Part shown: positions 54,695 through 64,000 of the stretch, in pieces
Position numbering within the stretch: position 1 is the first letter of the stretch
How the letters are laid out: every line of letters starts with the position of its first letter
Assembly: GCA_963691875.1 (NCBI GenBank)
Contig: OY829846.1
Location: 3,520,001-3,584,000 of the forward strand
Direction: 5' to 3'
Length of the DNA stretch: 64,000 nucleotides
Origin: Aureliella sp.
GTDB taxonomy: Bacteria; Planctomycetota; Planctomycetia; Pirellulales; Pirellulaceae
Notes under the pieces: generated by a model
Seen by the model: only the letters and a program-made list of their open reading frames with translations
What the model was told of the DNA's origin: nothing
The model's database searches: none
Program-made: the position numbers and the translations under genes

Positions 54695-56290
54695 ATGCGC
54701 TCACCCTCTCAACTGCTTTCGCTATGTACGACTGCTTGGCTCCTTTTGTGCTTCGGTAGCAACTTGTCGGCATTGAGCGATGAACGTCCGAATATCGTCG
54801 TGATCGTGTGCGACGACATGGGCTTTTCGGACCTAGGTTGCTACGGAGGCGAGATCAACACGCCCAACTTGGATCGACTTGCCGCAAACGGCCTGCGCTT
54901 CAACGACTTCCATAACAATGCAAAGTGCTCTGAGACGAGAGCCTCACTGCTAACTGGTCTTTGGCACCAACAAACCAAGAATCTCAAAACGCCAAATCAT
55001 GTCACGCTAGCCGAGGTGCTGAGGCCTGCAGGTTACTCAACCATGATGAGCGGCAAGTGGCATGTAGCTGCCACTCCACCAGAACGCGGCTTCGACCGCT
55101 ACTTTGGATTTCTTGACGGTTGCATTAACTTCTTTACCGGTGAAGACTGGAGCTCCAGCAAAGAAGGTTGGGGTTCCGGCAAAAACCTGATGCGATTGGA
55201 CTCAGACGAGTACGAATGTCCCAAGGACTTTTATTCGACCGATGCCTTTACCGATTTTGCGATTGAATTTCTAAGTGACTCGACGAGGAAGGACCAACCA
55301 TTCTTTCTGTATCTCGCGCACAACGCACCGCACTTTCCGCTCCATGCCCTGCCGGCAGACATCGCCAAATACAAAGGAAAGTATGACGCGGGATGGGGTA
55401 TTATTCGCGAGCAAAGACATAAGAAGCTCAAGGCGCTAGGGATCATCGATGAAACTTGGCGTCTCTCTGAGCGTGATCCCAAAGTCGAACCCTGGGACCA
55501 CCTTACAGAAGAAGAGCACGAGTTTCTGATTCCCATGATGGAAGTCTACGCAGCGATGGTGGACCGACTGGATCAGAACATCGGACGACTCGTCGAACAG
55601 CTAGAACGCGAAGGTGAACTCGAGAACACCTTGATTGTATTTTTCTCGGACAACGGTGCCTGCCCCTACGAGCGTCTGCGAAACGACGTTCGGATTCCCG
55701 GACCAGCCAAAAGTGATATTGCTTACGATGCTCGCTGGGCCAACATGTGTAACTCGCCGTTGCGACTCTATAAACAGTACGCTCACAACGGCGGCACGCT
55801 CACTCCAATGATTGCTCATTGGCCCAAACGCATTCTGCGGCGTGGCGAGCTGTCAAATCACACTTCTCACCTGATCGACCTCATGCCTACATGTATCGAA
55901 CTTGCGGGAGCTAAGTATCCGACCAAGTGGCAAGGCAACGCAGTCTTGCCCATGGAAGGCGAGTCTTTGGTCGACGCGCTCACTGCGAAATCCGCTTCGC
56001 CGCGTGAGAAGCCACTGTTTTGGGAGTTCTCAGGCAACCACGCCATTCGGGACGGCAATTGGAAACTAGTTGCGGAACGCTCGAAGGACTGGGAATTGTA
56101 TGACCTGTCGGAAGATCGATCTGAAACGAACAATCTGGCCAGCGAGTTACCAGAGCGAGTCGCTAGACTAGCAGAGCAATACGACCAGTGGGCTAAACGA
56201 ACGGGCGCCAAGACGCACGCACGTAGTATGAAGAGCAAGCCCAGTACTCAGTCGCAATTATTCGATCTAGACGCAATCCTCGCTCCCTAA
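54695..56290 (+). CDS. Arylsulfatase (formylglycine-type S1 sulfatase)
   Basis: RPNIVVIVCDDMG, CSETRASLLTG, SGKWH, APHFPL, SDNG and WELYDL motifs; signal peptide from ATG 54695. Confidence 0.92.
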   Translation: MRSPSQLLSLCTTAWLLLCFGSNLSALSDERPNIVVIVCDDMGFSDLGCYGGEINTPNLDRLAANGLRFNDFHNNAKCSETRASLLTGLWHQQTKNLKTPNHVTLAEVLRPAGYSTMMSGKWHVAATPPERGFDRYFGFLDGCINFFTGEDWSSSKEGWGSGKNLMRLDSDEYECPKDFYSTDAFTDFAIEFLSDSTRKDQPFFLYLAHNAPHFPLHALPADIAKYKGKYDAGWGIIREQRHKKLKALGIIDETWRLSERDPKVEPWDHLTEEEHEFLIPMMEVYAAMVDRLDQNIGRLVEQLEREGELENTLIVFFSDNGACPYERLRNDVRIPGPAKSDIAYDARWANMCNSPLRLYKQYAHNGGTLTPMIAHWPKRILRRGELSNHTSHLIDLMPTCIELAGAKYPTKWQGNAVLPMEGESLVDALTAKSASPREKPLFWEFSGNHAIRDGNWKLVAERSKDWELYDLSEDRSETNNLASELPERVARLAEQYDQWAKRTGAKTHARSMKSKPSTQSQLFDLDAILAP

Positions 56291-56329
56291 TCTCTACTTC
56301 TCCCCACCTCACTCCAACCGCAAAACAAA

Positions 56330-57625
56330 ATGAATAGAACCGCTCCAGCACTTCTGTGGCTCGCGATAGCTTTCGTTCCAACGACTCCTCTGTTCGCCAA
56401 TGATCCCGTCAAGCCAGCTGCGATTCGAGTGAGCGATGGATTTAAGGTAGATGCAAACGATTGGCCCTGGTGGCGTGGGCCGCAGCGAAACGGAACGGCT
56501 TCGGCTAGCCATGCTCCACTTGAGTTCACTGAAGACAACTTACTCTGGAAAGCCAAAGTTCCGGGCCGCGGTCATGGTTCGCCGACGGTTGTAGGAAACC
56601 GAGTTTTGCTCGCCACTGCAAACGAAGAAGCCGGCTCACAGTCTCTTTTATGCTACTCGCGCGAAAATGGCGAATTGTTTTGGGAGAACAAGATTCATGC
56701 TTCCGGAGCGATGAAACGCAATAAGAAAGCATCCGCTGCTTCTGGCACTCCTGCCTGGGACGGAGAACAAGCGTACATTTGCTTTCCCAATTCTAGCTCT
56801 CTGTTTGTCACTTCAGTAAACGGAAATGGCGAAAAAGTCTGGCAGAAGCAAGTGTCGAAGTACGTGGTGCATCAAGGTTACGGGGCGTCGCCCACTTTGT
56901 ATCAAAACCTCGTGATCGTTTCGGCAGACAATAAATCGGGTGGAGCCATCGCTGCTTATGAGCGGAAGACCGGCGAGCTTGTCTGGAAAAGAGAGAGACC
57001 ACGTGAGCCCAATTATCCTTCGCCGACGATTCTGCACGCGGCTGGAAAAGACCAGTTGATCATGACTGGTTGCGACAAGGTTTCGAGCTTCGATCCATTG
57101 ACAGGAAAAACGATCTGGGAGATCCAGGGGGCGACGACGGAATGTGTCACTTCCACGGTCACCGATGGCAACTTAGTATACACAAGCGGTGGATACCCCA
57201 AGAATCACATGTCGGCCGTTCGAGCCGATGGTACGGGCAAAGTCGTCTGGGAGAACAGCTCAAGGCTTTATGTTCCTTCCCTGGTAATCCATGACGGCTA
57301 CCTATACGGCGTGCTCGACGCCGGAATCGCAACTTGCTGGAAGGCTGATACTGGCAAGGAAATGTGGAAGCATCGACTCGGTGGAACTTTTTCGTCTTCC
57401 CCAGTGCTAGTAGGCTCCAGTATCTTGGTCGGCAACGAAGCGGGCCAACACTTTGCTTTCGAAGCAACACCATCTGGCTACGAGCAATTCGCCCAAAGCC
57501 AGCTCGGCAACCAAGTCTTCGCAACCCCAACTGTCGTAGGCGGTCGGGTATTTCACCGCGTCGTTGGTAAGGACGACAAGGGTGCGAGACAGGAGTGGCT
57601 GTATTGCTTCGGTGCAAAAAACTGA
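56330..57625 (+). CDS. Exported PQQ-like beta-propeller protein (paralog of 7304-8611)
   Basis: WPWWRGPQRNG, VPGRGHGSP, GYGASP, SGGYP and FATP motifs shared with 7304-8611. Confidence 0.85.
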   Translation: MNRTAPALLWLAIAFVPTTPLFANDPVKPAAIRVSDGFKVDANDWPWWRGPQRNGTASASHAPLEFTEDNLLWKAKVPGRGHGSPTVVGNRVLLATANEEAGSQSLLCYSRENGELFWENKIHASGAMKRNKKASAASGTPAWDGEQAYICFPNSSSLFVTSVNGNGEKVWQKQVSKYVVHQGYGASPTLYQNLVIVSADNKSGGAIAAYERKTGELVWKRERPREPNYPSPTILHAAGKDQLIMTGCDKVSSFDPLTGKTIWEIQGATTECVTSTVTDGNLVYTSGGYPKNHMSAVRADGTGKVVWENSSRLYVPSLVIHDGYLYGVLDAGIATCWKADTGKEMWKHRLGGTFSSSPVLVGSSILVGNEAGQHFAFEATPSGYEQFAQSQLGNQVFATPTVVGGRVFHRVVGKDDKGARQEWLYCFGAKN

Positions 57626-57664
57626 TCCAATTCTTTTACTGACGCGAGAACGGACTTTCTTTCG

Positions 57665-58018
57665 ATGGGTTTGTTTGACGGAACAGCACTGGAACGTCCG
57701 GTGCTCTGTGAACGGTGTGAGCAGGACGTAAAGACTTGCGACTGCGAACCACTGATTGAGGCGAAGGACGAGCCCGAGGTAGAACCGTCCAAACAGCGAC
57801 TGCGGGTACGCAGCGAGAAGCGAAAACGCGGCAAGATGGTCACGGTCGTCGCTGGACTTCAGGGATCGGAGCGGCAACGCCAAGAACTGCTCACGCAACT
57901 CAAGAATCACTGCGGCGCCGGCGGTACGCTGAACGACGATCAGCAAATCGAGATACAAGGTGAACAGTCCGAACGCTTGAAGACGAAACTCGAGCAGCTA
58001 GGCTACCGCGTTTCTTGA
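57665..58018 (+). CDS. yciH: Translation initiation factor SUI1/YciH family
   Basis: RKRGKMVTVV-GL...LKNHCGAGGT...IEIQG...L-QLGY; N-terminal CxxC-x6-CxC. Confidence 0.9.
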   Translation: MGLFDGTALERPVLCERCEQDVKTCDCEPLIEAKDEPEVEPSKQRLRVRSEKRKRGKMVTVVAGLQGSERQRQELLTQLKNHCGAGGTLNDDQQIEIQGEQSERLKTKLEQLGYRVS

Positions 58019-58078
58019 ATATCTCCGCGTACGAGACGACAATCAGATCACTCTCCGCCAATCACTACTTCGTTTCCC

Positions 58079-59791
58079 GTGAGACCATCCATGCGAGTTC
58101 TGCTGTCTCTGTGCTTCTTAGTCATTCTCAGCTCAGTTGGATTTGCACAAAACAACGTGGCGGACCTCGTGTTGCTGGACCTGCAGGTCCTTCAGTGCAA
58201 CGCGGCGATGAACGAGACTGACGCAGTTGCGATCAAAGGCGATCGCATCGTTGCCTTGGGGAAAGAACAGGTCACCAAGTGGATCGATCCTGAAAAGACT
58301 CGCATCATTCGTGATTCGAAGCTTGTCGCCACCGCTGGCTTTGCGGACAGCCACCTGCACTTTGTTGGGCTCGGACAATCACTGCAGATGCTCGATTTGA
58401 GGGACGCAAAATCCTGGCAACAAGTCGTAGCGATGGTTGAGAAGACAGCGGAGAACTTGCCGGCCGGAACTTGGATTGAAGGCCGCGGCTGGCACCAGTC
58501 CAAATGGAATCGCAAACCGGAGAAGTCGATCGAGGGCTACCCAAGCCATGAAACGATGAGCGCCGCAGTTCCGCATCACCCCGTCGTTCTGACTCACGCT
58601 AGTGGTCATGCATGCTTCGCCAATGCCGCAGCAATGAAGCTCGCTGGCGTCACAGCGCAGAGTAAAGATCCTGCTGGTGGCGAGATCTTAAGAGATGGGG
58701 CAGGGGAGCCCATTGGAGTTTTTCGCGAGAATGCTCAACGAGCCATTCGACTAGCTCAGTCAAGAAGCGAACAACGCCGCTCCACCGATGAAAAGCGGAA
58801 CATCGTCGCGGAACAAATTCGCTTGGCTGGCGAGCAATGTTTGCAGCACGGGATTACCAGCGTGCATGATGCTGGCAGCAGTTTTGCGCTCGCAGATCTG
58901 TTCACTCAGTTCGCCCAAGAATCAGAGCTTCCAGTTCGCGTCTATTTGATGATCCGCGCCGGAGCAAATGAACTCGCCGCTCGGATGCCGGACGCGAAAC
59001 GCATTGGCGTGGGGGACGAGTTCTTTACGGTTCGCAGCGTCAAAATTTCGATCGATGGCGCACTCGGGCCGCACGGCGCCTGGTTGCTCAATCCTTACTC
59101 AGATCTAACCACTTCAGCTGGCTTGAACACCTTCGACGTCGATGAGATGGCAGAGATTGCTGGCTTGTGCCGCAAGTACCAATGGCAACTCTGTGTGCAT
59201 GCGATTGGCGACCGGGCCAGCCGCGAAGTGCTGGATACCTTCGAGTCTGCTCTGGGAGAGGACGTCGATTCTGACCACCGCTGGCGGATCGAGCATGCTC
59301 AACACCTTTCACCACAAGACATTCCTCGCTTTGGAAAACTCGGCGTGATCCCAGCCATGCAAGCAAACCATTGCACCAGCGATGCGATCTTCGTTCCAAT
59401 GCGACTTGGCGAACGCCGCAGCAAAGAAGGTGCCTATGTCTGGCGTTCTCTGATCGATAGTGGCGCCATTATTCCGAACGGCACCGATGCTCCCGTGGAA
59501 CGCGTCGACCCCAGAGTCAGCTTGTATGCTGCCGTCACACGCAAACTTTCAAACGGCGAAGTGTTTTACCCTGATCAGTGCATGACGCGAGCAGAAGGTC
59601 TTCTGAGTTACACGCTTTGGCCCGCCATCTCCGCCTTTCAGGAACGCAAGCTGGGTTCGATTGAAATCGGTAAGCGAGCGGACATCGTGCTTTGGGATCG
59701 CAATCTAATCAGCTGCCCAGCCGAAGAAATCTTGGAGGCCAAAGTTCAGATGACGATTCTGGGCGGAAATGTCGTCTACGAAGCAGAGTAG
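58079..59791 (+). CDS. Exported amidohydrolase (YtcJ-like)
   Basis: GFADSHLH, SGHACFAN, DGALG, HAIGDRA, RIEHAQ, GTDAPV and GKRADIV motifs. Confidence 0.92.
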   Translation: MRPSMRVLLSLCFLVILSSVGFAQNNVADLVLLDLQVLQCNAAMNETDAVAIKGDRIVALGKEQVTKWIDPEKTRIIRDSKLVATAGFADSHLHFVGLGQSLQMLDLRDAKSWQQVVAMVEKTAENLPAGTWIEGRGWHQSKWNRKPEKSIEGYPSHETMSAAVPHHPVVLTHASGHACFANAAAMKLAGVTAQSKDPAGGEILRDGAGEPIGVFRENAQRAIRLAQSRSEQRRSTDEKRNIVAEQIRLAGEQCLQHGITSVHDAGSSFALADLFTQFAQESELPVRVYLMIRAGANELAARMPDAKRIGVGDEFFTVRSVKISIDGALGPHGAWLLNPYSDLTTSAGLNTFDVDEMAEIAGLCRKYQWQLCVHAIGDRASREVLDTFESALGEDVDSDHRWRIEHAQHLSPQDIPRFGKLGVIPAMQANHCTSDAIFVPMRLGERRSKEGAYVWRSLIDSGAIIPNGTDAPVERVDPRVSLYAAVTRKLSNGEVFYPDQCMTRAEGLLSYTLWPAISAFQERKLGSIEIGKRADIVLWDRNLISCPAEEILEAKVQMTILGGNVVYEAE

Positions 59792-59823
59792 ACATCTACG
59801 TTATTGACGGCGTGAGTGACAAG

Positions 59824-59855
59824 GTAGGCCGTTAACGGCGAAGCGCTGTTACGGC
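59824..59855 (+). repeat. GTAG-type REP-like hairpin, family B
   Basis: GTAGGCCGTTAACGGCGAAGCGCTGTTACGGC; related copy GTAGACCGCTAATGAGCGCAGCGCTGTTGCGGC at 60568-60600. Confidence 0.5.
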
Positions 59856-60018
59856 GATGTGTTCACTGCTTCATGGACCAGCGAAATTCCATGATCTCCC
59901 CAAACGACAACAACCCTCACTTTGCAGCGAGGGTTATTGGACTGATTCGATTGCAATCGGCAAACCACGATCTCAGTAGCAAATCATCGCTACTTGAGAA
60001 TCGAAGCAATGGCTTCCA

Positions 60019-60336
60019 CTAATTGCCGATGGTCGGTGGGTTGTTCACGAAGAAGTCACGAGGACCTCGAGTCGTGTAGTAAGGGTAAGCTACTTGAGCT
60101 GCACCTGGGCTTTGAACACCGCTAGCAGGCATGGTCTTGCAACCGCGGTTGCAATTCTTAGTTAGGAAGCGTTGGTAGTCGGTTCCACCGCGCTGCCAAC
60201 CGATGGTGGATGGACGGCAGCCACTAGCACAGGTGTTGCAGCTGCGGCACTTGTTGTTCAGTATCTCACAGCCAGTGCTGCACGAGATGGTGATTACCAG
60301 GGCCAGTCCCAATAACACTCGATTCATTTGCGTCAT
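60019..60336 (-). CDS. Small Cys-rich secreted/lipoprotein with YPYYTxRGPRDF motif
   Basis: Lipobox-like STGC, Cys-rich middle, C-terminal AYPYYTTRGPRDFFVNNPPTIG; AAGGA RBS. Confidence 0.8.
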   Translation of the reverse strand: MTQMNRVLLGLALVITISCSTGCEILNNKCRSCNTCASGCRPSTIGWQRGGTDYQRFLTKNCNRGCKTMPASGVQSPGAAQVAYPYYTTRGPRDFFVNNPPTIGN

Positions 60337-60701
60337 CCTTTACGCGCCGTTGGCCCGCGTGTCGCCAACTTGCCATGTGAGTTTGCCTTGGACGTCGGAC
60401 GGGTAACGATGCGGGCGCACCACACTTCCGACCTCGGTAATTTCGGACGTCTCAGAAGAATTGATCGGGAAAATCGGTACTATTCGATCACATGGCTTCG
60501 AGCCGGCTGTGAAACACATCGTAGCTTGACTAAGTTAACATGTGTCACTTCGCTTACCCTGACTCCCGTAGACCGCTAATGAGCGCAGCGCTGTTGCGGC
60601 ACACATCGAGCTCGAATTGGCTTACGATGAATGACGGATTCGTCGTGGTAGCTGAGCTATTCAAGAGCGGACGACTTCGGAACCAATAAACGCCGCAGGA
60701 T

Positions 60702-60766
60702 GCCGAAAGCCTTGGCGACTTTCGCTACCAGGTTTGGCTGGCCGAAGTCTTGACGAATTCCGCTAC
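60702..60766 (-). repeat. Two GTAG-type REP-like repeats, family A
   Basis: GCCGAAAGCCTTGGCGACTTTCGCTAC and GCCGAAGTCTTGACGAATTCCGCTAC; reverse complements resemble 25771-25797. Confidence 0.65.
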
Positions 60767-60820
60767 TTGCAACTAACCTGCAATTGCCAACCTCATTGCT
60801 AGCTAACGATTCAGCGAAGA

Positions 60821-61183
60821 ATGCCATCCACAAAACAAGTCGAATCGCCTTTCCTAAAAGAACAACCCGTTCGGTTGGGCTTCAACATCATGATGTTATT
60901 GCTGCTGATGGTGGTTGCTGCCGGAGTCGGCTTGTTCTTGGTGATGGCTATGCGGGTACCTGCCATTACAAATGAACTCAACGCTTGGCTCGGTCGTCCA
61001 GGTGAAGCATCGCAAGTAGATGGAGCTCGCAAAGCCCAACTCAACTTCGCTCTCTACTTGTATGCAGCTCCAACACTCATGGGCATGCTGGCGTACGCGT
61101 TGCACTACATTGTCAATATGGTCGATAAGAAGATGAAGAATGTCCACGAGAGGGCGGAAGACAAAGAATTCGAGATGGAGTAG
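60821..61183 (+). CDS. Hypothetical two-TM membrane protein
   Basis: Two hydrophobic segments and a charged C-terminus. Confidence 0.7.
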   Translation: MPSTKQVESPFLKEQPVRLGFNIMMLLLLMVVAAGVGLFLVMAMRVPAITNELNAWLGRPGEASQVDGARKAQLNFALYLYAAPTLMGMLAYALHYIVNMVDKKMKNVHERAEDKEFEME

Positions 61184-61210
61184 CCGCTGCACCACCCCCT
61201 CAGGCAGCGA

Positions 61211-61774
61211 CTAGGACTCTTTGCGATACATCAGATCGGTGCGGGCAACGTACTTAATGCCGCTAGTGACTTCAGCGCCTTCGTGAACGATCGGATGCTG
61301 AAACACCAATCCGAGCCCGACCTCAGGTCGAATGGAGAGTTCAGGCTAGGTGGCCATATTGGTTTTTTTTTCACCACCTGTGAAGCCGTCGTTGAGATAG
61401 ATCAGAAAAGTGTAGAAGCTCTTATCATTCTCTCGTTCAAACGAACCATCTGCGTGCGGCGCGAATCGCATTCCAGGTTTATAGCGATAGCAGCGAAACC
61501 TTTCATTTGCTCCGACGAGTCTACGAAATCGCATTTCTGCTGGCACATGCGACTCGGCTTTGCGAAACAACTTCTCTGCCAGTTCAACGTCGTCGAACAT
61601 CACTCGCTCGTTGTTGCAAACGTCAGTCCGAACACGAGTCCCCTGACTTGTGTTGATCGGCGCAATTTCTGGTCCGATGTCATCAATCTTGGCAATGAGC
61701 GACTGGCATTCTTCAGCGCAAAGCACTTCAGGTATCTGAGCCACCAAGATAGATTTTTCGTCGACGGTGAACAT
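61211..61774 (-). pseudogene. 2OG-Fe(II) oxygenase (prolyl-4-hydroxylase-like) with an in-frame TAG
   Basis: NERFRCYRY...FAPHADG...TFLIYLNDGFTGGE, TAG at 61346-61348, then in frame PELSIRPEVGLGLVFQHPIVHEGAEVTSGIKYVARTDLMYRKES*. Confidence 0.85.
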
Positions 61775-61790
61775 CGTTCAGCTTGCCTAT

Positions 61791-64000
61791 CTAGAAGTGG
61801 TTCCATCCCAAACGCAGTCTCCAGTCCTCAATATCTGAGAACGCATACTGGCTAATGTCTTCGCCTTCACCTGAAGATTGCTCGTTGAGTTCGGAAATGA
61901 TGATCAAAGCATCGAGCGGTGACACGACTCGATCACCGTTTCGATCGTAGAAGAACCCAGTCGCCAGCGGCGGAAGCTCTTCGTGGTCGAGAATCTGCGG
62001 GCGACCAAGGTTCAAGTAGTTGATCACAATCAGTGCGTCGATCGGCGCAACGGTACCATCTCCGTTGACATCACTTGGCAGTGACTGATTCTTCCAAGGA
62101 CTATCGATGGCTTCGGCCAGCACTTGAATCTGAAAGTCGACAGAAAGGGCTGGACTGCCGCTGTCCGTCACGCGCACTGGAACGGTGTATTCAGTCATTC
62201 CGGCTGGGATAGCTTGATCCGCGGCCATCTTGAGCATTCCGTCGTCCACGACAAACTTGGAATCAAGCGATGCAATCACGTGCGTTTGATCTAGATCGGG
62301 GTCTACAACATTGAGTTGCCCCACTACCTGGCCGATCAATTCTTGCCAGGTCGTATTGTTATCAATCGAAACCGATTCCGGGGTTTCATTGACATCACCC
62401 ACAGCTACTTCTGATCGAGCTGAAATCTGCTTGCCATTCGAATCGGTAGCCGTCACGACCAGATCAATCGTCGGTTCAGTTTCGTGATCCACCGAGCCGC
62501 CAAAGATCAACTCACCGTTCTCCACGCTGAAGCGAGAGTCATTGGTCGAGTACTGATAGGTATCGAGCCCTGCGGACACGATTTCAACTGCGCCGAGATT
62601 TCGCTCCGTTTCGTCTTCGGAAATCACCATGTCAAGAGGCAACTGCATGTAGGTAGCTTGTGCGTAGTAGACCGAGCGATAGATCGTCTGGCTCGGATTT
62701 CCATCCGGATCGATAGCTCGCAGACTCAAAATACGCTGGCGATCATCGAGCGGTCCGTTCTGCTGCTGGAACCTAAGCGTCTGCGCAAGACTCGTTGCAT
62801 CCGAGGTGCTCGCACCGTCCGCAAAGAGAAGTTCTACCGCTTGCGGATCGAAGTCCACAATCTCTGCGATGAGCTCGCCACTTCGTAGAATCTGATTTCC
62901 TTGCTGGACGTACCCTGAACTAGCAACAAACTGCAGGCTATCACCTTGTTCGTCACTTGCCCCGGACACGAACCCCGCACGAACTCGTCCACCACTGAAG
63001 TCAGATCCATCGCTATCGACGAGCGTCGATTCGAAAGGGTTGGTTGTTTCTTGCCCGGGTTGGATTGCGATTGGCGTCCTGGCGGTCGGCACCCAAAACG
63101 GACGATTTTCTACTCGGCTTCCCGTAACGCGGCCTTCAATCGGAAAATTGAAAATAGCCTCGTCCGGATCGTTCGTTTCCAATTCGACTTGGCCCCAATA
63201 GCGATCGACTGCATCGGTTTCCAAAGCGATTCTCAATTCACGCTCTTCTCCTGGCGGCACGACTTGAGGCGCAGGTTCTGCGAGTTGAAAACCCTCAGGC
63301 AAACGCACGTCATTGATCTCCAAGTCAACTGAACCCGCGTTGCGTAACGTAAGGCTGGTTGGCGCGGAAGACTCACCACGTTCATAAGTCCCTGCGTCGA
63401 CGGGAGTCAGGCGCTCGTCGATGATGAACCGATCACCCCACGTGACTTCCAAAGCTGGCTCTCCGTCGCCAGGCAGAACCACCTCAAAAGTATTGCGGTA
63501 AATTTCTCGGTCTTCACGAGTTGAGACAACCGTCCACTCTCCAGTTTGATCAATCGCCCCTGTCCAAGCCCAAAAGAAGAAGTGGCGAGTGCCGAACGGG
63601 GACGTCCAGTGATCATCGAATGCAACTGATCCATCCGGTCGAGTCCATGTAGTTCTAAATCGATCGCCCTCATGAACATAATTCGTGAAATACCAGATCC
63701 ATGGATTTCGCTCACCGGTAGCGTTGTTGCCTGCAAGAAGCGGAAAGGTGTTGATCGGAACGGGTTGTTCTCGAGAAGAATCGGTCGGATTCGAATTGCT
63801 CATACCTGAATCCAAGACGAGAACATCCTGGTCTCCTGTATATCCAGGCGACGTCAGGAAATAGTCTTCGGGCGAATATGCTGGCTCAATCCCAAGCCCG
63901 TCCTTGCGAACCATAAAACTCAAGTGAGCAAAGTTTGGAGCCCCAGAACTACCGAAAAGCGCAATCGTCTCGCCTTGCACCACTCTTTGGCCCAGCTTCA
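61791..64000 (-). CDS. Large extracellular protein (5'-partial): M23-like domain end, Ig-like and cadherin-like repeats, dockerin-like EF-hand pair
   Basis: KLGQRVVQGETIALFGSSGAPNFAHLSF (M23-type end), LRNAGSVDLEI...TNDPDE (Ig-like), VDHET...DVNETP (cadherin), DVNGDGTVAPIDAL / DRNGDRVVSPLDAL + GEGE tail; frame is open to the window end. Confidence 0.85.
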   Translation of the reverse strand, partial: KLGQRVVQGETIALFGSSGAPNFAHLSFMVRKDGLGIEPAYSPEDYFLTSPGYTGDQDVLVLDSGMSNSNPTDSSREQPVPINTFPLLAGNNATGERNPWIWYFTNYVHEGDRFRTTWTRPDGSVAFDDHWTSPFGTRHFFFWAWTGAIDQTGEWTVVSTREDREIYRNTFEVVLPGDGEPALEVTWGDRFIIDERLTPVDAGTYERGESSAPTSLTLRNAGSVDLEINDVRLPEGFQLAEPAPQVVPPGEERELRIALETDAVDRYWGQVELETNDPDEAIFNFPIEGRVTGSRVENRPFWVPTARTPIAIQPGQETTNPFESTLVDSDGSDFSGGRVRAGFVSGASDEQGDSLQFVASSGYVQQGNQILRSGELIAEIVDFDPQAVELLFADGASTSDATSLAQTLRFQQQNGPLDDRQRILSLRAIDPDGNPSQTIYRSVYYAQATYMQLPLDMVISEDETERNLGAVEIVSAGLDTYQYSTNDSRFSVENGELIFGGSVDHETEPTIDLVVTATDSNGKQISARSEVAVGDVNETPESVSIDNNTTWQELIGQVVGQLNVVDPDLDQTHVIASLDSKFVVDDGMLKMAADQAIPAGMTEYTVPVRVTDSGSPALSVDFQIQVLAEAIDSPWKNQSLPSDVNGDGTVAPIDALIVINYLNLGRPQILDHEELPPLATGFFYDRNGDRVVSPLDALIIISELNEQSSGEGEDISQYAFSDIEDWRLRLGWNHF

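Overview
Core-genome window of a planctomycete, most likely Pirellulaceae-like. The assignment rests on a DUF1559 protein, SHD1 domains, planctomycete-type dockerin-like repeats, PQQ-type propellers, a sulfatase and a PVC-type EF-Tu switch-I region. The window carries dinB; a divergent nitroreductase / hemP-desulfurase locus with a Fur-like box; a GAF-SpoIIE protein lacking catalytic aspartates; dprA; a three-gene membrane/coiled-coil operon that includes a 41-aa ORF missing from the ORF track; aroF-tpiA-secG-yicC-gmk-rpoZ-coaC-coaB-pyrD-trpS; ileS-purN; LOG, recQ, a flavin monooxygenase and an MFS transporter; five tRNAs with tuf-secE-nusG-rplKAJL (not followed by rpoB); and a patch of decayed genes. 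The second half has a signal-peptide-bearing katG; mntR divergent from a DUF1559 operon whose promoter is covered by two MntR-type boxes; an ECF sigma/anti-sigma cluster; an orphan secretin with a GGA-hairpin-rich leader; a sulfatase, SUI1 and an amidohydrolase; an amber-interrupted 2OG-Fe(II) oxygenase; and a partial large surface protein. No CRISPR array, rRNA, prophage or intact transposase was seen. Several GTAG-type REP-like repeats are present. The best candidate for an undescribed system is the MntR-controlled DUF1559 / membrane-partner module next to katG. All calls were made by eye from motifs; no searches were run.
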